In this document: positions 25,560 to 40,365 of the stretch, one piece after another
How the letters are laid out: the number at the start of each line of letters is the position of its first letter
Position numbering within the stretch: the stretch's first letter is position 1
DNA from: Mobula hypostoma
Lineage: Eukaryota
Direction: 5' to 3'
Length of the DNA: 64,000 nucleotides
Assembly: GCF_963921235.1 (NCBI RefSeq)
Contig: NC_086108.1
Coordinates: 13,640,001 to 13,704,000, forward strand
Position numbers and translations under genes: made by a program
The notes under the pieces: generated by a model
Told to the model about the DNA's origin: nothing
The model's input: only the letters and a program-made list of their open reading frames with translations
Databases searched by the model: none

Positions 25560-27060
25560 ACCTTGCTGTCTTGAGGCAAATTAGGGTGGATAAATCCACA
25601 GGGCCTGACGTGTTCCCTCATACCTTGTGGAAGGGTATTGCAGAAATTGCAGGGACCCTAGCAAAGGTATTTAAAACATCTGTAACCACAGGTGAGGTGT
25701 GGAGGACTGGAGGATAGCGAATGTTGTTCCGTTGTTTCACAAAGGGCAAAAACAGAATAAGCTGGAAAATAATTGGCCAGTGAGCATGACATTAGTAGTG
25801 GGCAAGTTATTGAAAGGTATTCTAAGGGACTAGATATACAAGTCTTTGTTTAGGCAGGTGCTGATTAGGGATAGTCAACATGGCTTTGAGTGGTAGGTCG
25901 TATCTAACCAATTCCAAGAGTTTTCCCAAGGAGTCTACAGGAAAGTTGAAGAAAAGGCAGTGAATGTTGTCTACACGAACTTTAGCAAGGCTTTTAACAA
26001 GAGCCCATATGGGTGGTTGTATAAGAAAGTTCAGTAACCTGGTATTCAGGATGAGGTAGTAAATTCAATTCTACCTTGGCTTCGCAGAAACCACCATAGA
26101 GTGATACTATATAGCTGTCTCTCCGACTGGGGGCCTGTGACTAATGGTGTGCCGCAGGGATCAGTGCTGGGTCTGTTGCTGTTTGTCATCTACATCAACA
26201 ATCTAGATTATAATGTGATCAGCAAATTTGCGGGGCCTAGTGGACAGCTCGAAAGACTATCAAAGTTTGCAGCAGGAGCTGGACCAGCTGGAAAAATGAC
26301 AGATAAAATTTAATGCAGACAAGTGTGAGGTGTTGTACTTCAGGAGGATTAACTAGGGTAGGACTTGCACAATGAAAAGTAGGGCACTGTGGAACGCAGT
26401 AGAACAAAGGCATCTGGGAATACAGATCCGTAATTTCTTGAAAGTGGCATTACAGGTAGATAGGGTCATAAAGAGCTTTTACCACATTGGTCTTCATAAA
26501 TCAAAGTATTCAGTACAGGAGTTGAGCTATTATGTTAAAGTTGTACAAGATGTAGGTGAAGCCTAATTTGAGTATTGTGTTCAGGTCACTTATTTACAGG
26601 ATTGGTATCAAGAAGATTGAAAGGGTACAAAAAAATTCAAAGGATGTTGCCAAGACCTGAGGACCTGAGTCATAGGGAAAGATTGAATAGATCATGACTT
26701 TATTCCCTGGAGCACAGGAGAATGAGGGGAGATTTGATAGAAGTGTACAAAATTATGAGGGTATAGACAGAGTAAATGAAAGCAGGCTTTTTCCAGAGGT
26801 TGGGTGAGACTAGAACTAGAAGTTACCGGTTAAGGGTGAAAGGTGACATGCTTAAGGGGAACCTCTTCACTCAGAAGGTAGCGAGTGTGAAATGAGCTGC
26901 CAGCAGAAGTGGTGGATGCAGGTTTGATTTCAACATTTAAATTTGGATAACTACATGGATGGGAGGGGTACAGACTGATGAGACAAGGCAGAGTGATAGT
27001 TCAACATAGACAAGATGAGCCAAAGGGCCTGATTCTGCACTGTAGTGCTCTATAACTACT
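25560..27060 (+). mobile_element. CR1 LINE RT/3' portion, decayed
   Basis: VTNGVPQGSVLGLLLFVIYINNLD, SKFA; CR1-type 3' UTR. Confidence 0.85.
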
Positions 27061-27132
27061 ACACATAGGTTACTTTATTGATCAGCTTTACTGATACTAT
27101 TCAACCATCTGAACTTGGAAACAGACACTTAC

Positions 27133-27230
27133 CTAGAAAGTTGGGATACAGCTGATCAACATTATCAATCACATAATTGCACTTCGGGCACCGGTTACTG
27201 ACCTCAAGGCTCTGCCGAATACATTTGTAG
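27133..27230 (-). CDS. COP1: COP1 exon 3 equivalent, 98 bp, second half of the RING finger
   Basis: Translates [32 protein letters not shown]; cag/gtaag borders; phase continuous with neighbouring exons. Confidence 0.96.
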
Positions 27231-28364
27231 CTGTAGAAAGAGCAGGTGACAAGTTAGAATAATCATCTTCAACCCAAATGAGTCTACTGTGTATTTCATT
27301 TCACCTATTTATTATTAAACTTACTCAAGGGCTCAACTTTGTTCAATAATTAAACACACCAATTTGGATCTGACAACTGCTCCAAACAGAACATGGATAG
27401 CCTAACTAGAGAAGGTACTGGACTCAGTTGTAAACACTGTCACTGGGTAGGTGGTTGAAATGTCACAGGGAGAGTGAACATACCTCCTGTGAAATTTAGG
27501 GCTCAGGAAAAACAGAAGGCTGCAGATGCTGGAAACCAAGAACACAAAAAGAGTGTGGAAAGAACTCAAGTCAGGTGGCACCTTACGGCGAAAAAATGAA
27601 CAGTGGACATTTCAGGCTAACAGCTTTCTTCCAAGATTTCAAGTGAGATAAGAATGGCCTGCAAGCCAAGGTCCCAAATGAGATAGAAGGTCAATATCAA
27701 TACTGTAAGGCAAAACCTGACAAATGTACACTGGGCCAGATATTTGCAGCTCAATATGCAATTGGACAAGCAACATCATTTTTAACTGAAATAATGAGAG
27801 CTCAAGGAAAAATGTGTTCTGTGAAGGGTAAAAGATATGGACAGCAATTCAAGGAACTCTGGATTTAGGTTCTGTACAAGAGAAAAATGGAAACCTGTGG
27901 TAGGCCAGAGAACTGAAAACAGGAAGGTTGCTGATTAGTACAAAGAGCATAGGGAGTACTTAAAGAGGAATTAAGACAGTAAAGAGAAACATTAATGTTG
28001 TCTGCTAGTGATATTTAAAGAGAAGATGAAGCATATAATAAATAAAGGGAATCACGAAAAGGGCCCATTGAGTGACTGTAATTTATGTGTGGAATCAGAA
28101 TATACGATGGATCTTAAATGAACATTTCTCATCTTTATTCACTAAAGAACATTGTACATAGCCAGGGAAGGGAAATACAACAAATTATTACAAAGGAATT
28201 AGATAAAGTTGAACAAATCCCAAAGTCAATGAAATGAAACCTAGTCTACGGGAGTCAAGGGAGGAGACAAAGGTAAGGTCGCAGAAGATTGGACAGCAAA
28301 TGTAGTCACTCTCTTCAAAAAAAAAAGGGCAGCTGGGATAAGCCAAGTAATTATAAAATAGTTT

Positions 28365-28815
28365 CAAATATTAGCATTTGGAATGGACAAGTCAGAGCCC
28401 AGACCTTAACCCAATTGAAATGCTGCAGCATGACCTGAAGAGGGCTGTTCATGCAAGGTACCCCAGAAATATTGATGAACTGAAACAGTTTTGTATGTAG
28501 GAATGGTCTAAAATTCCTCCTTCCCATTGTGCAAGTCAGATCAGCAGATACAGGAAATGTTTGGTGGAGGTTACTGGTGCGAAAGGAGGTTCTACCAGTT
28601 ATTAAATACAAGGGTTCATATACATTTTCCAGCCTTGGCTGTGAATGATTAATGGGTTCAATAAAGACATGAAAAGTACAGTATGTTATTAGTTTAGGCA
28701 GATTGTGTTTTTCTATTTTGTGACTTAAATGCAGATCAGTCCACATTTTATGAGTAATTAATGTAGTAAATCAGGTAAGTGCAAAGGGTTCACGAATTTT
28801 TTCTGACAAATGTAC
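28365..28815 (+). mobile_element. Tc1-type transposon 3' fragment inside a decayed CR1
   Basis: W.SQSPDLNPIE motif (agtcagagcccagaccttaacccaattgaa); end gggttcacgaattttttctgacaaatgta. Confidence 0.8.
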
Positions 28816-29314
28816 CTTGGTGAAGCAAAGACAAAAAAAAAAGGTAAAGACAACAAATGGGATTCTTGCCTTCATTAGCCAGGGAAAAGAACACAAGAGC
28901 AGTGTGGTTATGGCACAATGTTATAAAACATTAATGAGGCCACAAGTGGAATACAGATGGCCACAGCTGCAGTAAGCACACTTTAGGAAGGCTGTTATTG
29001 CATTAAGGATGCAAAAGAGATTCATTAAGATGTTGCTTTGGCTGGAGAATATCTGAAACAAAGAAAGTCTGGACTTTCTTTAAGCAGAGATATCTGATAA
29101 ACATATACTGGTGCAGTGTGACTACAATATGGAATTTCTGCAAAATACAGTGGTTAAATCCCTTCCAAATCATCCTGACTTAACCATCTCCAGATTATTT
29201 GGATAACATGGTTATAAAATAGTTAGCAATTCTGCCTCTGGTAGGTTTTCAGGGACTCAAGATTGATCCTGACCTCAGGTATTATCTGGAATTGTCAAGA
29301 GAGAACAGATTAAT

Positions 29315-29473
29315 TTAGATCACTTTGTAGAGATTGGTTTTCACTTTGACACGAATGAATCTTTTTCTCTTGATCAGTGTTAAAAAACACAAATTAAATC
29401 CACTATGATTCCAATGTTGTAAAACAATAAAACATTTCCAAGGCAGGGGTGAATACTTTTTATAGGCAATGTA
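29315..29473. mobile_element. Tc1-type terminal fragment
   Basis: Ends gggtgaatactttttataggcaatg|ta, a Tc1-style TIR. Confidence 0.55.
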
Positions 29474-30734
29474 ATTTGTAATTACAGCCACCTCAAGGAT
29501 TATTGAAGGGTAATAACAGCAAATCTGAAGGTGAAAGAAATACAATACACAGGTGAAGACTATTAATGCAAGAAAAGGGAAACCTTGACAATTTTTCTGA
29601 ATTGGTCCGAGTTGGAAAGTTCTCTTATAGGTAGAGGTATGACAAAAGATTAGGGAGAAACTAGGAACCGTAGACAATAAACAGGAAATTTCTGGCTTCC
29701 AGTAAGATGGCAACATGCTCAGACGCATCAGCTGCTCTGGGTTCAAAGGTGTAACTGTTTGTTCTTTATGTCCTCTTTTTTTTAAACAATTGCAAGATAC
29801 TGCTGATTATCAAGAACACCAAGCACAGCAGGTCTAACCCACCAGCAAGTTGCTCTATAGCAGTGGAGCTGGACTTGTTGCGCATCGAGTTGCAGCTTGC
29901 TTCAGCCACCATGGAAGAAGGGCTCAGAGTCAGTGCGTGGAGGCAGTGGAAATGATTGATTTGGACATTTTAATTGTGATCACAAGACTCTTTTGGACAC
30001 TGGTAATATAGAATACTGAGAGTCCAATTCAAAGGTTAATTGGTGGGAATGATGGTGGAGGAGCAGCATGGCCTCAGTTGGGCACCGACCAGGCCCTCAG
30101 CCTCGAGGTCACCTGTTGTGGCGACCAGGGAAGGAGATGCTGGAGGTAGCTGTTCAGTGTTCCACTGAATTCCGTAATGGAAGACAACCGTTCAGCTGCA
30201 GCTGCACCTGCGCAAGATGAGGGACTGCTGAGGGCTTGGTCTTGCAGTAGCATAGCTCCAGAACAACATCCATGCACCATCAACATCTACAGGGCATGAC
30301 ACTCACGGACTTGGGTTACATTATTATTTTCTAATACTTTCTTGTAACTGTATATTTTTCCGTGATATTATATGTGCTGTCGGAACAGTGTTTTGTACTT
30401 TGCTCCCAGAGGAAAGCTGCTTCATGTGTAAGGCTGAATGACAATTAAACTTGAACTCGAAACCAAAGTTTGGAATGGGGGCTTTAGAGGGTAAACAGCT
30501 AAGAATGCAATCCTTAGTAGCATAATCCATGAGATGATCATGAGGGTTTTAAGAGGATGGGAGTTAACTTTGCACTTCAGGATAATCATGAACATCGATT
30601 ATTTTTGTCAGGCTTGAAAATAATCTGGTAATTGTCCAAACCTCACACTAGGACCCGGGCTCCGCTGCTGGCAAATCGCTCCAGGCCTAGATTTCACTGC
30701 TGAAGGAGCCTTCTCAACCTCTCCTCTGTCCACT

Positions 30735-31208
30735 CTTTACAAGGATGTTGCCTGGATTGGAGGACGTACCTTATGAGAATAGGTTGAGTGAACTTGGCCT
30801 TTTCTCCTTGAAGCGTCGGAGGATGAGAGGTGACCTGATAGAGGTGTATAAGATGATGAGAGGCATTGATCGTGTGGATAGTCAGAGGCTTTTTCCCAGG
30901 GCTGAAGTGACTAACACGAGGGGGCATAGTTTTAAGATGCTTAGAAATAGGTATCGAGGGGATGTCCGGGGTAAGTTCTCCCACACAGAGACTGGTGGGT
31001 GCATGGAATGCACTGCCGGTGGTGGTGGTGGAGGAAGCGGATACAATAGGGTCTTTTTAGGGCCTATTAGATAGGTACGTGGAGCTTAGAAAAATAGAGG
31101 GCTATGCGCTAGGGAAATTCTAGGCAGTTTCTAGAGTGGGTTACATGGTCGGCACAACATCATGGGCTGAAGGGCCTGTAATGTGCCGTAGATTTCTATG
31201 TTTTATGT
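30735..31208 (+). mobile_element. CR1 3'-end fragment, relatively young subfamily
   Basis: MLPGLEDVPYENRLSELGLFSLKRRRMRGDLIEVYKMMRG; similar copies at 38491-38948 and ~61140-61385. Confidence 0.85.
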
Positions 31209-33169
31209 AATAGTTTAAATGTCCACATTGGGCCCAGAATAGCTGAGCCACTCCTGTGTCATATAAATTCAATCTTGTGTGCCTTGTCAGATGTAAAGAA
31301 GTTGGGGATAAGGGGTTATGCTGGAGGAGGTTTAAAGATGAGAGACTAATGATCTTAAAAGGGCAAAATGAACACTAGGGCAAGAATAGCTAATATATAG
31401 CTCCATAATGGAAAAGAAAATTGAGGGCCAAAGGCAAAACAGTTGGGGTTATTTGATTCAAAGTATTGTACTCTCTTCAGAGCCACAGACATAGGGAACA
31501 TTAAAAGGACAGAAGATTTGGCAAGGAAGTGCTCAGTGTAGTCCGCATCTGTGATGGATACAATGAGGATATGAATGCTAAGTGGACAGCCATGAACACA
31601 AAGAATTGAGAGAGTGAAATATGGGAAAGACAAAGATGAATTGAGAAATTTCATTTCACACAATGAGGTTACTTGCTGTTGAGACAAAGGAATAAAGCAG
31701 TGAAAGCATCTCACTGAGAAATTATGATACTTGGATAGGTATTCAAGAATTTGAATTTTAAGAGTGGTTAGACTGAAACAAAGTCAAGGAAAAACATGCC
31801 AGACTAGGGAAAGACTAAAAAAAATTTAATTGTGGCAGGGAAACATGAAGTACAGCAGATTGGAGTCTCATTTAACGGGAAGCCACTTTCAAGGTTTATA
31901 GACAGAATGTTGATTTGAATCTCCACAAATGGATATAATGGGCTTCATTCACAAGAAACTAAAAACGTTGTGGAAATGTGAAGTTAATGGTTTATCCACA
32001 GGCAGAGGCCACAATTTGATAGCCAATATCGAGAGCTGAATTGGTAGGAGACAGGCTGGAAAAAGCATGCCAAAATTGCTGCCTTTGTGTAGGCCTGAAA
32101 CTAATAATTATTACAAAACACCCTGGTGTTCCCTCACACCTTTAGTGGTAAGACAATCTCATCAAAAAAAAATTACTCTGGGCTTTGATGTCAAGACCAT
32201 AATTATTACCAATCGCCAATAGCCCAACAAGGTTGTAGCATGTTGCCTTCTTCAATCACTACAGTCGTTTTGGTGAAGGTGCTTCCAAGCGTTGAGTAGC
32301 AAGTTCCAAAATTTAAACTCTATATAAAGGAGGAATGATGACTCGGAGGGGAATTGGCAGCTGCTAACATACCCTTGCTAGCCTTATCCTACTAATGATA
32401 GACGCTGTCCGACCTGGAAGATGCTGACAGCAATCTAGGCAAGCAAATGAAGTACATTTCATAGATGACGCACACAGAAGCCACAATGCGCCGAGTGCAG
32501 GAGGTTACTATTCGTGATGGTGGATTGGGTGCTAATCTGGGTGGAATCAATCTTCTGGAGTGTTGTTTCAACTGCACTTTAAAGTAAGTGATAAGTATTC
32601 TATTGCACTCTTAACTCATGGAAAGGCTTTTGGGAATCATATTGAGAGTAAATTGAAATTCAAAGTTGAATGCACATTTATTAAGGTATGTATATGTCAC
32701 CATATACTATATTGAAATTAATTTTTTGCAGGCATTGACAATAGAACAGAGAAATACAATAGAATAAACAAGCAACCAATGTGCAAAAAACTGGGCAAAC
32801 AAAAAGTAAATAAATAATACGGAGAACACAGTTGAAGAATCCTTGACAGCGAGTCCATAGATTGTGAAATTAGTTCAGAGTTGAGATGAATTAAATCATC
32901 CATGTTGATACAGGAGCTTGATGGTTGAAGGGTCATAAATGTTCCTGAACCTGGTGCTTTGAGACCCAAGGATCCTGTACCTCCACACACAGGATACTTA
33001 GTTTCTAACATGTTACTGTTACCATCATACTTGTGTGGTTAGCCCACGAGTTTCTGATCAATAGCAACCTGAGATATTGATCTGAATAACAGACAGTATT
33101 GAATGTCAAGAGCACGTAGCTGGACTCTCTCATGCTATGTCAGCATTACATGCCACCTATTAGCATTCT

Positions 33170-36100
33170 TTAAGTGGGAGGGTGAACAGTCAGAAGCCAT
33201 GGTCCATGTAGGTACTAATGACATGAATAGGACCTGGTTCTACATAGTGATGAGGTTCTGCATAGAGAGTTCAGTCAGTTAGGTACTAAGTTAAAGGGCA
33301 AGACTTCCAGTGTCGTGATCTCAGGATTGCCACCTGTGCCACCTGCTGTGATGCCAAAACTGGGAAGATTATATAGTTTAGTATGTGGCAAAGGAGTCGG
33401 TGTAGGAAGGAGGACACAAGATTTTTAGATCATAAGGCTCCCTTCCAGTGAAGGTAGGACCTGTACAGAAGGGATGTTTGCACATGAACTGGAGGGGGAC
33501 TAATATCCCAGTGGGAAGGTTTGTTAATGCTGCACGGTGGGGTTAAAATTGGAGCCGCAGGGCATGGGGACTAGAGTGCCAGAACAGTTAGGAGAGGTTG
33601 TGGAAGCAGATGTTGGTTAGACCTCCAACAAAGTTAGGAATCTAAAGGTTCCTACTGTCCTGAGTAGCGCATATTTCAATGCGAAAAGTATCAAAGGAAA
33701 GGTAGATGATAGTGCTGATGATGAGGTAGATGGTTTACAAAAAGAGGCAAAATGGACTGAAGAGAGGTTGTTAATAAAGCAAAATTGCAGTCAACAAGAT
33801 GAGACTACATAAAAGGTGGGCAAAATCAAAAAGGGTGAAAGTTATACTTGAATGTGTGTACTATACAGAATAGTGTAGATGAATCTGTAGAACAGTTGCA
33901 TATTCGCATGTATGATGTTGTAGGCATCACTGAATCATGGTTAAAAGAAGATTATAGTTGACAGCCTATTGTCCAATGATACACATTGTATCAAAAGGAC
34001 TGGTAGGAAAGCTGAAGGGACGTCTTTGCTCTGTTGGTAAACAATGAAATCAAATCTTTAGGAAGAGGTGACAGAGGGTCAGAAGGTGTTGAATCTTTGT
34101 GGATAGAGCTAAGGAACTATGAGGGTAAAAAGACCCTAATGGGAGTTGAATACAGACCCCCAAACAGTAGTACAGGCATGCTCTACAGATCATAACAGGA
34201 GATAGAAAATGCATGCCAAAAAGCCAAATTACAATAGTTATGGGGAATTTCAATATAAAAGCAGATTGGGAAAAATCAGGTTAGTGCTGGAGTCCAGGGA
34301 GGGAATTTCTAGAGTGCCCACTAGATAGCTTTTCAGAACAGCTCGTGGTTTTGTCCACTTGAGGATCAGCTTTTCTGGTTTGGGTGCTGAGCAGTGAACC
34401 AGAATTGATTAAGAGAGCTTAAGGTAAATGAACCTCTAGGGGCAAGTGATCATAATATGATAGAATTCACTCTAAAATTTGAGAAGGCAAAGCTGAAGTC
34501 AGATCTATTCAGTATTACAGTGAAGTAAAAGGAATTACAGAGGCATGACAGAGGAGCTGGCTAAAATTGATCGGAAAATAACACTGGCAGGGATGATGAC
34601 AGAACAGCAATGGCTGGAATTTCTGAAAGCAATTCAGAAGGCACAGGATATATTTATCCCAAGAGGGGAAGAAGTGTTCTAAAGTAGTGGTCCCCAACCA
34701 CGGGGCCATGAGCATGTGCTACCGGGCCACGAGGAAACAATATGATTTGGCAAAATGAAACAATATGAGTCAGCTGCAATTTCCTCATTCCCTGTCACAC
34801 ACTGTTGAACTTGAACACCTCACCCCCTAACCCCGTCGGGCAGTCCGCAAGAATATAGTCAGTATTAAACCTGTCTGCAGTGTGCAAAAGGTTGGGGACC
34901 CCTGTTCTGAAGGAAAGATGACACAACCATGGCTAACAAGTCAAAGCCACCATAAAACCAAAGAGGACATATAATAGACCAAAAATTAGTGGGAAATTAG
35001 AAGATTGGGAAGCTTTTAAAAATCAACGGAAGGCAACTAAAAAAAGTCATAAATGTAAAGATAGAACACGAAAGTAAGCTAGCCAATAATATTAAACAGG
35101 ATACCAAAGGTTTTTTCAGATACATGAAGTATAAAAGAGAGACGAGCGTGGACATTGAAACGATGAAAAACGATGCTGGAGAGGTTGTAATGAGGGACAA
35201 GGAGATGGCAGATGAATTGAATAGTATTTTGCACCAGTCTTCACTCTGGAAGACACTAGCAACTTGGTGGTAGTTCCAGGTGTCAAGTGTCATGAAATGT
35301 GTGAAGTTACTAGAAAGAAGGTTCTTGAGTAACTAAAAGGTCTGAAGGTAGATAAATCACCTGGACCAGATGGAGTATACCCCAAGGTTCTGAAAGAGGT
35401 GGCTGAAAAGATCACAGGCATTAGTAATGATCTTGCAAGAATCACTAGATTCTGGAAAGGTTCTTGAAGACTGGAAGATTGCAAATGTCACTGCACTTTT
35501 CAAGAAGGGAGAGAGGAAGAAGAAAGGTAAATAGTCCAATGAGTCTGACCTCAATGGTTGGGAAGATATTGGAGTCGATTATCAGGAATGAGGTCTTAGG
35601 GTACTTGGAGGCACATGATAAAATAGGCCACAGTTAGCATGGTTTCCACAAGAAAAAATTTTGCCTGGCAAATCTGCTAGAATTCTTTGAAGAAACAACA
35701 AACAGGATTGCCAAAGGAGAATCGGTTGATGTTGTGTACTTGGATTTTCATAAGACCTTTGACAAGGTATCACACACGAGGCAGCATAACAAGCTGCAAG
35801 CCCATGGTATTACAGAGAAGATTCTAGTATGGATAAAGCATTGGCTGACAGACAGGAGGCAAAGAGTGGGAATATAAAAGGAGACTTTTCTAGTTGGCTG
35901 TTGGTGACTAGTGATGTTCCACAAGGTTCTGTGTTGGGACCAATTCTTTTTACGTTATAGGTCAATAATTTGAATGATGGAATTGATGGCTTTGTTGCAA
36001 AGTTTGCAGACAATATGAAGATAGGTTGAGGTGCAGGTACTTTTGAGGAAGTAGAGAGGCTACAAATGGACAGATTAGGAGACTGGTAAAGAAATGGCAG

Positions 36101-36885
36101 ATGGAATAGTGTCAGGAAGTGTATAGTCATGCACTTTGGTAGAAAAAAAATGAAAAGACTATTTTCTAAATGGAGGGAAAATACAAAAAAACTGAGGTGC
36201 AAAAGGACTTGGAAGTCCTTGTGTAGGATTCCCCAAAGGTTAATTTGCAGGTTGAGTCTGTGGTAAGGAAGGCAAATGCACTGTTCGTATTCATTTCAAG
36301 AAGACCAGAATATAAAAACAAGGATGTAATGGTGAGACTTTATAAAGCACTGGCGAGGCCTCACTTGGAGCAGTTTTGACCCCTTATCTTACAAAGAACG
36401 TACTGAAACTGGAGAGGGTTCAAAGGAGGCTCACGAAAATTATTCCAGGATTGAATGGCTTGTCATATGAAGAGTGTATGATAGCTCTGGGCCCGTATTT
36501 GCTAGAATTCAAAAGAATGATGAGTGACCTCATTGAAACCTATCAAATGGTGAAAGGTCTTGATAGAGTAGATGTAGAGAGGATGTTTCCTATGGTGGGA
36601 GAATCTAAGACCAGAGAGAACAGCCTCAGATGAGAACGGAGATGAAGAGGAATTTCTTTAGACATTGAGTGGTGAATCTGTGGAATTCTTTGCCAAAGGC
36701 AGCTGTGGACACCAAGCCTTTACGTATTTTTAAGGCAGAGGTTGATTGGTTCCTGATTGATCAGGGCATGAAGGGATATGGGGAGAGAACAGATTAGGGT
36801 TGAGAGGGAAAATAGACCATTGGCAGATTCGATAGGCCAAATGGCTTAATTTTGCTCTTATACCTTAAGGTCTAATGGTCTATTG
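33170..36885 (+). mobile_element. Long decayed CR1 LINE (end of ORF1 esterase through ORF2 and 3' tail)
   Basis: HVGTND, GITESWL, SDHNMI, KSPGPDG.YP, DFHKTFDKVSH, PQGSVLGP, KFADNMK remnants in order. Confidence 0.9.
34685..34904. mobile_element. hAT/Charlie-type MITE inserted in CR1
   Basis: TIRs tagtggtccccaacc / ggttggggacccctg; 8-bp TSD ttctaaag / ttctgaag. Confidence 0.8.
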
Positions 36886-37409
36886 ACTTATTTCTAAATC
36901 TTGCTAAGTTGTCTAAATATTGCCATACATCAATATCCTGTGCTTCCTTTACTGAGCAGTGGCGAAGGGAATTAAATATTGTTCGATTATCAGCCAATAT
37001 CTCCACATCTAACCTTGTGATTGGTCACTAATGGAAACAGATGAAGAATCAGTCTCAATCAAGTGCTGGATTCACATTTTAATAAATTCCATTAAGTTTC
37101 TGGAATTGCAGCATTTGGAAACTGCTAACTTTAAAAAAAAAAATCCAGTTTTCTTTCGCAATTGTAGGATCAGAAATGGAGCTACTATGTGGATGCTTTG
37201 AGTGGTGGGATGGAGATACGTCTCCTGGTTATGCGACCACTGATGCCAGACAATCTCTGAAGAGTGTTGATGATGGCTGGGGTCATCTGTCTTGTAAAGA
37301 CATTGCCCAGAAGACAATGGCAAACCACTTCTTAGCTAATTTTTCTGTAAAACAATCATGGTCAAAACCACAAACAAGAGAAAATCTGCAGATGCTGGAA
37401 ATCTGAGCA

Positions 37410-39737
37410 ACATCCGAGATCGAAGGATGACTGCAAGCGTGTGGATGTCAGCGAGTTAGACCAGCGGAAGAGTTTAAAAAGAAGACAGCTTTATAGAGCG
37501 GGCGCCAGAGGAGCAGGTGATGGAGTACAGTAAGTCAGAGTAGGAGGACTTTGGTTCAATGACGCTTCGGGGATAACGGGTCAAGGTGAGGTAAGTTACC
37601 TGTGAAGAATAGAAACAGGAAGTATGTCTGTGAGGCCAGTGTTCTGTACTGGGTGTCAAATATGGGAAGTTCCGGGAGACTCCCAACCTCCCAGAAGGCC
37701 ACATCTGTGCCAGGTACCTTGGACTGCAGCTCTTTAGGGACTGGTTAGGGAACTGGAGATGCAGCTGGATGACCTTTGTCTGGTCAGGGAAAGTGAGGAG
37801 GTGATAGAGAGGAGCTATAGGCAAGTAGTTACACCAGGGTCTCGGTAGACAGATAAGTAGGTAACGGTCAGGAGAGGAAAGGGCAAGAGTCAGATACTAG
37901 AGAGTATCACTGTGGCTGTCCCCCTTAACAATAAGTACTCCTATTTGAGTACTGTTGGGGGGATGGCCTACCTGGGGGAAGGAACCTCTGGCACAGAGTC
38001 TGGCCCTGTGGCTCAGAAGGGTAGGGAAAGGAAGAAGGCAGCAGTAATAGGGGACTCTATAATAGGGGGTCAAACAGGCGATTCTGTGGACGCAGGAAAG
38101 AAACATGGATGGTAGTTTGCCTCCCAGGTGCCAGGGTCCAGGATGCTTCTGTTTGCGTCCAATATCCTGAAGTGGGAAGATGAACAGCCAGAGGTCGTGG
38201 TACGTATTGGTACCAATGACATAGGTACGAAAAGGGAGGAGGTCCTGAAAACAGACTACAGGGAGTTAGGAAGGAAGTTGAGAAGCAGGACTTCAAAGGC
38301 AGTAATCTCCGGATTACTGCCTGTGCCAGGTGACAGTGAGTATAAGAATAGAGTGAGGTGGAGGATAAGTGCTTGGCTGAGGGATTGGAGCAGGGGGCAG
38401 TAATTCAGATTTCTGGATCATTGGGACCTTTTTTGTGGCAGATGTGACCAGTACAAAAAGGACAGGTTGCACTTGAATCCGAGGGGGACCAATGTTGCCT
38501 GGATTGGGGAGCATGGCTTATGGGAATAGGTTGATTGAATTTGGCCTTTTCTCGGTGGAGTAACGGAGGATGAGAGGTGACCTGATAGAGGTGTATAAGC
38601 TGATAAGAGGCATTGAACGTGTGGATAGTCAGAGGCATTTTTCCAGGGCTCAAGTGGCTAACACGAGAGGGCACAGTTTTAAGGTGCTTGGAAGCAGGTA
38701 CAGGGGAGATGTCGGGCGTAAGTTTTTTTTTCAGAGAGAGTGGTGAGCATGTGGAATGGGCTGCCGGTGACAGTGGTGGAGGCGGATACAATAGGTTCGT
38801 GTAAGAGACTCCTGGATAGGTACATGGAGCTTAGAAAAACAGAGGGCTATAGGTAACCCCAGGTACTTTCTAAAGTACATGATCGGTACAGCATTGTGGA
38901 CCGAGGAGCCTGTATTGTGCTGTAGGTTTTCTATTTTCTATGTTTCTATTCTGGCAGAGAGGTTTGCTAAGGCTATTGGGGAGAGTTTAAACTAGAATTG
39001 CCGCGGTGTGGGAACTGAACTGAAGAGATGGAGGAAGGGGCGGTTGGTTCACAAATAGAGAAAGCTTGGAGACAGTGCGAGAGGGAGAACAGGCAGGTGA
39101 TAGAGAAGGGATGTGCTCAGACCGATGGTTTGAGATGTGTCTACTTTAATGCAAGAAGCATCATGAACTAAGCAGGTGAGCTTAGAGCGTTGATCAGTAC
39201 TTGGAGCTATGATGTTGTTTGCATTAGAGACTAAGATGGCTCAGGGGCAGGAATGGTTACTTAGAGTGGCAGGCTTTAGATGTTTCACAAAGGACAGGGA
39301 GGGAGGCAAAAAAAGTGGGGGCGTGGCACTGCTGATCAGAGATAGTGTCGCAGCTGCAGAAAAGGAGAAAGTCATGGAGGGACTGTCTACTGAGTCTCTG
39401 TGGGTGGAAGTCAGAAACAGGAAGCAGTCAATAATTCTACTGGTTTTTTTTTAATAGACCACCCAATAGTAACAGGGATATTGAGCAGCAGATAGGGAGG
39501 CAGATTCTGGAAAGGTGTAATAGTAACAGGGTTGTCGTGGTGGGAAATTTTAATTTCCCAAATATTGAATGGCGTCTCCCTAGAGCTAGGGGTTTAGATG
39601 GGGTGGAGATGGTTAGGTGTGTTCAGGAAGGTTTCCTGACACAATATGTAGATAAGCCTATAAGAGAGGCTGTACTTAATCTGGTATTGAACCTGGTCAG
39701 GTGTCAGATCTCTCAGTGGGAGAACATTTTGGAGATT
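37410..39737 (+). mobile_element. CR1 5' portion (5'UTR, ORF1 Zn-finger/esterase, start of ORF2) with a nested CR1 3' fragment at ~38491-38948
   Basis: AVIGDSII, RIGTNDIG..ELGRKLRSRTSKAVISGLLPVP, GGVALLIR, GNFNFPNI. Confidence 0.85.
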
Positions 39738-39739
39738 CA

Positions 39740-40365
39740 TTCAGTCAGGTGCCTTGCCGTTCGGTGTGGGCGATCATGGCTCTCCATCCATCACGGTCCC
39801 TGACCCTCCAAATTGTAGTTGTTGCCTCCCGTTTCTAACCATGATGTTATTCCATCTTTCATTTTATTCTCTGTCTCTTTCTTTTTCCTTCCAGCTTTCC
39901 ATTGTAACTAAATGTTTAAACGTCTCTCTTCGCATGATGTGTCCAAAAAATTTTGATTGCTGTTTTCTGATCTTTTTCAAGTAATGTACGTTTTGTTGTC
40001 GTCCTCTGTAGAACCTCTTCGTTGGTTATCTGCCCGTATATGATATGCATAGCCTTCTTCTGAGGAACCACATTACTGCTGCATTGATTCTTTTTTCCAT
40101 TGCATTTGTGCTGGTCCATGACTCGCAGCCATACATCAATATAGGAAGAATATAGCAGCTGAGATTTCTAAGGCAGATGTCAATTGCTATTTTCTTGTTC
40201 GTTAGCATGTTTCTCATTCCTGTAAATGCTGTTCTTGCCATTGCTATTCTTGCTTCTGTTTCTCATTTGCCATCAGATGTTACCCATGATCCAAGGTACT
40301 TGAAGTTGTGAACTTGTTTCAGGATTTCATTTCCCAATACGATCCTACAGTTTGGGATACAGGAT
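39740..40365 (-). mobile_element. RTE-clade-like LINE 3' fragment
   Basis: QVHNFKYLGSWVTSDGK, ARTAF, PILMYGCESWT, MWFLRR, ITNEEVL. Confidence 0.75.

Noticed and set aside
27190..27210. RING loop reads SLEVSNR where human has SLEDNNR
   Set aside because: Not a zinc ligand; ordinary divergence or a single-base variant cannot be excluded
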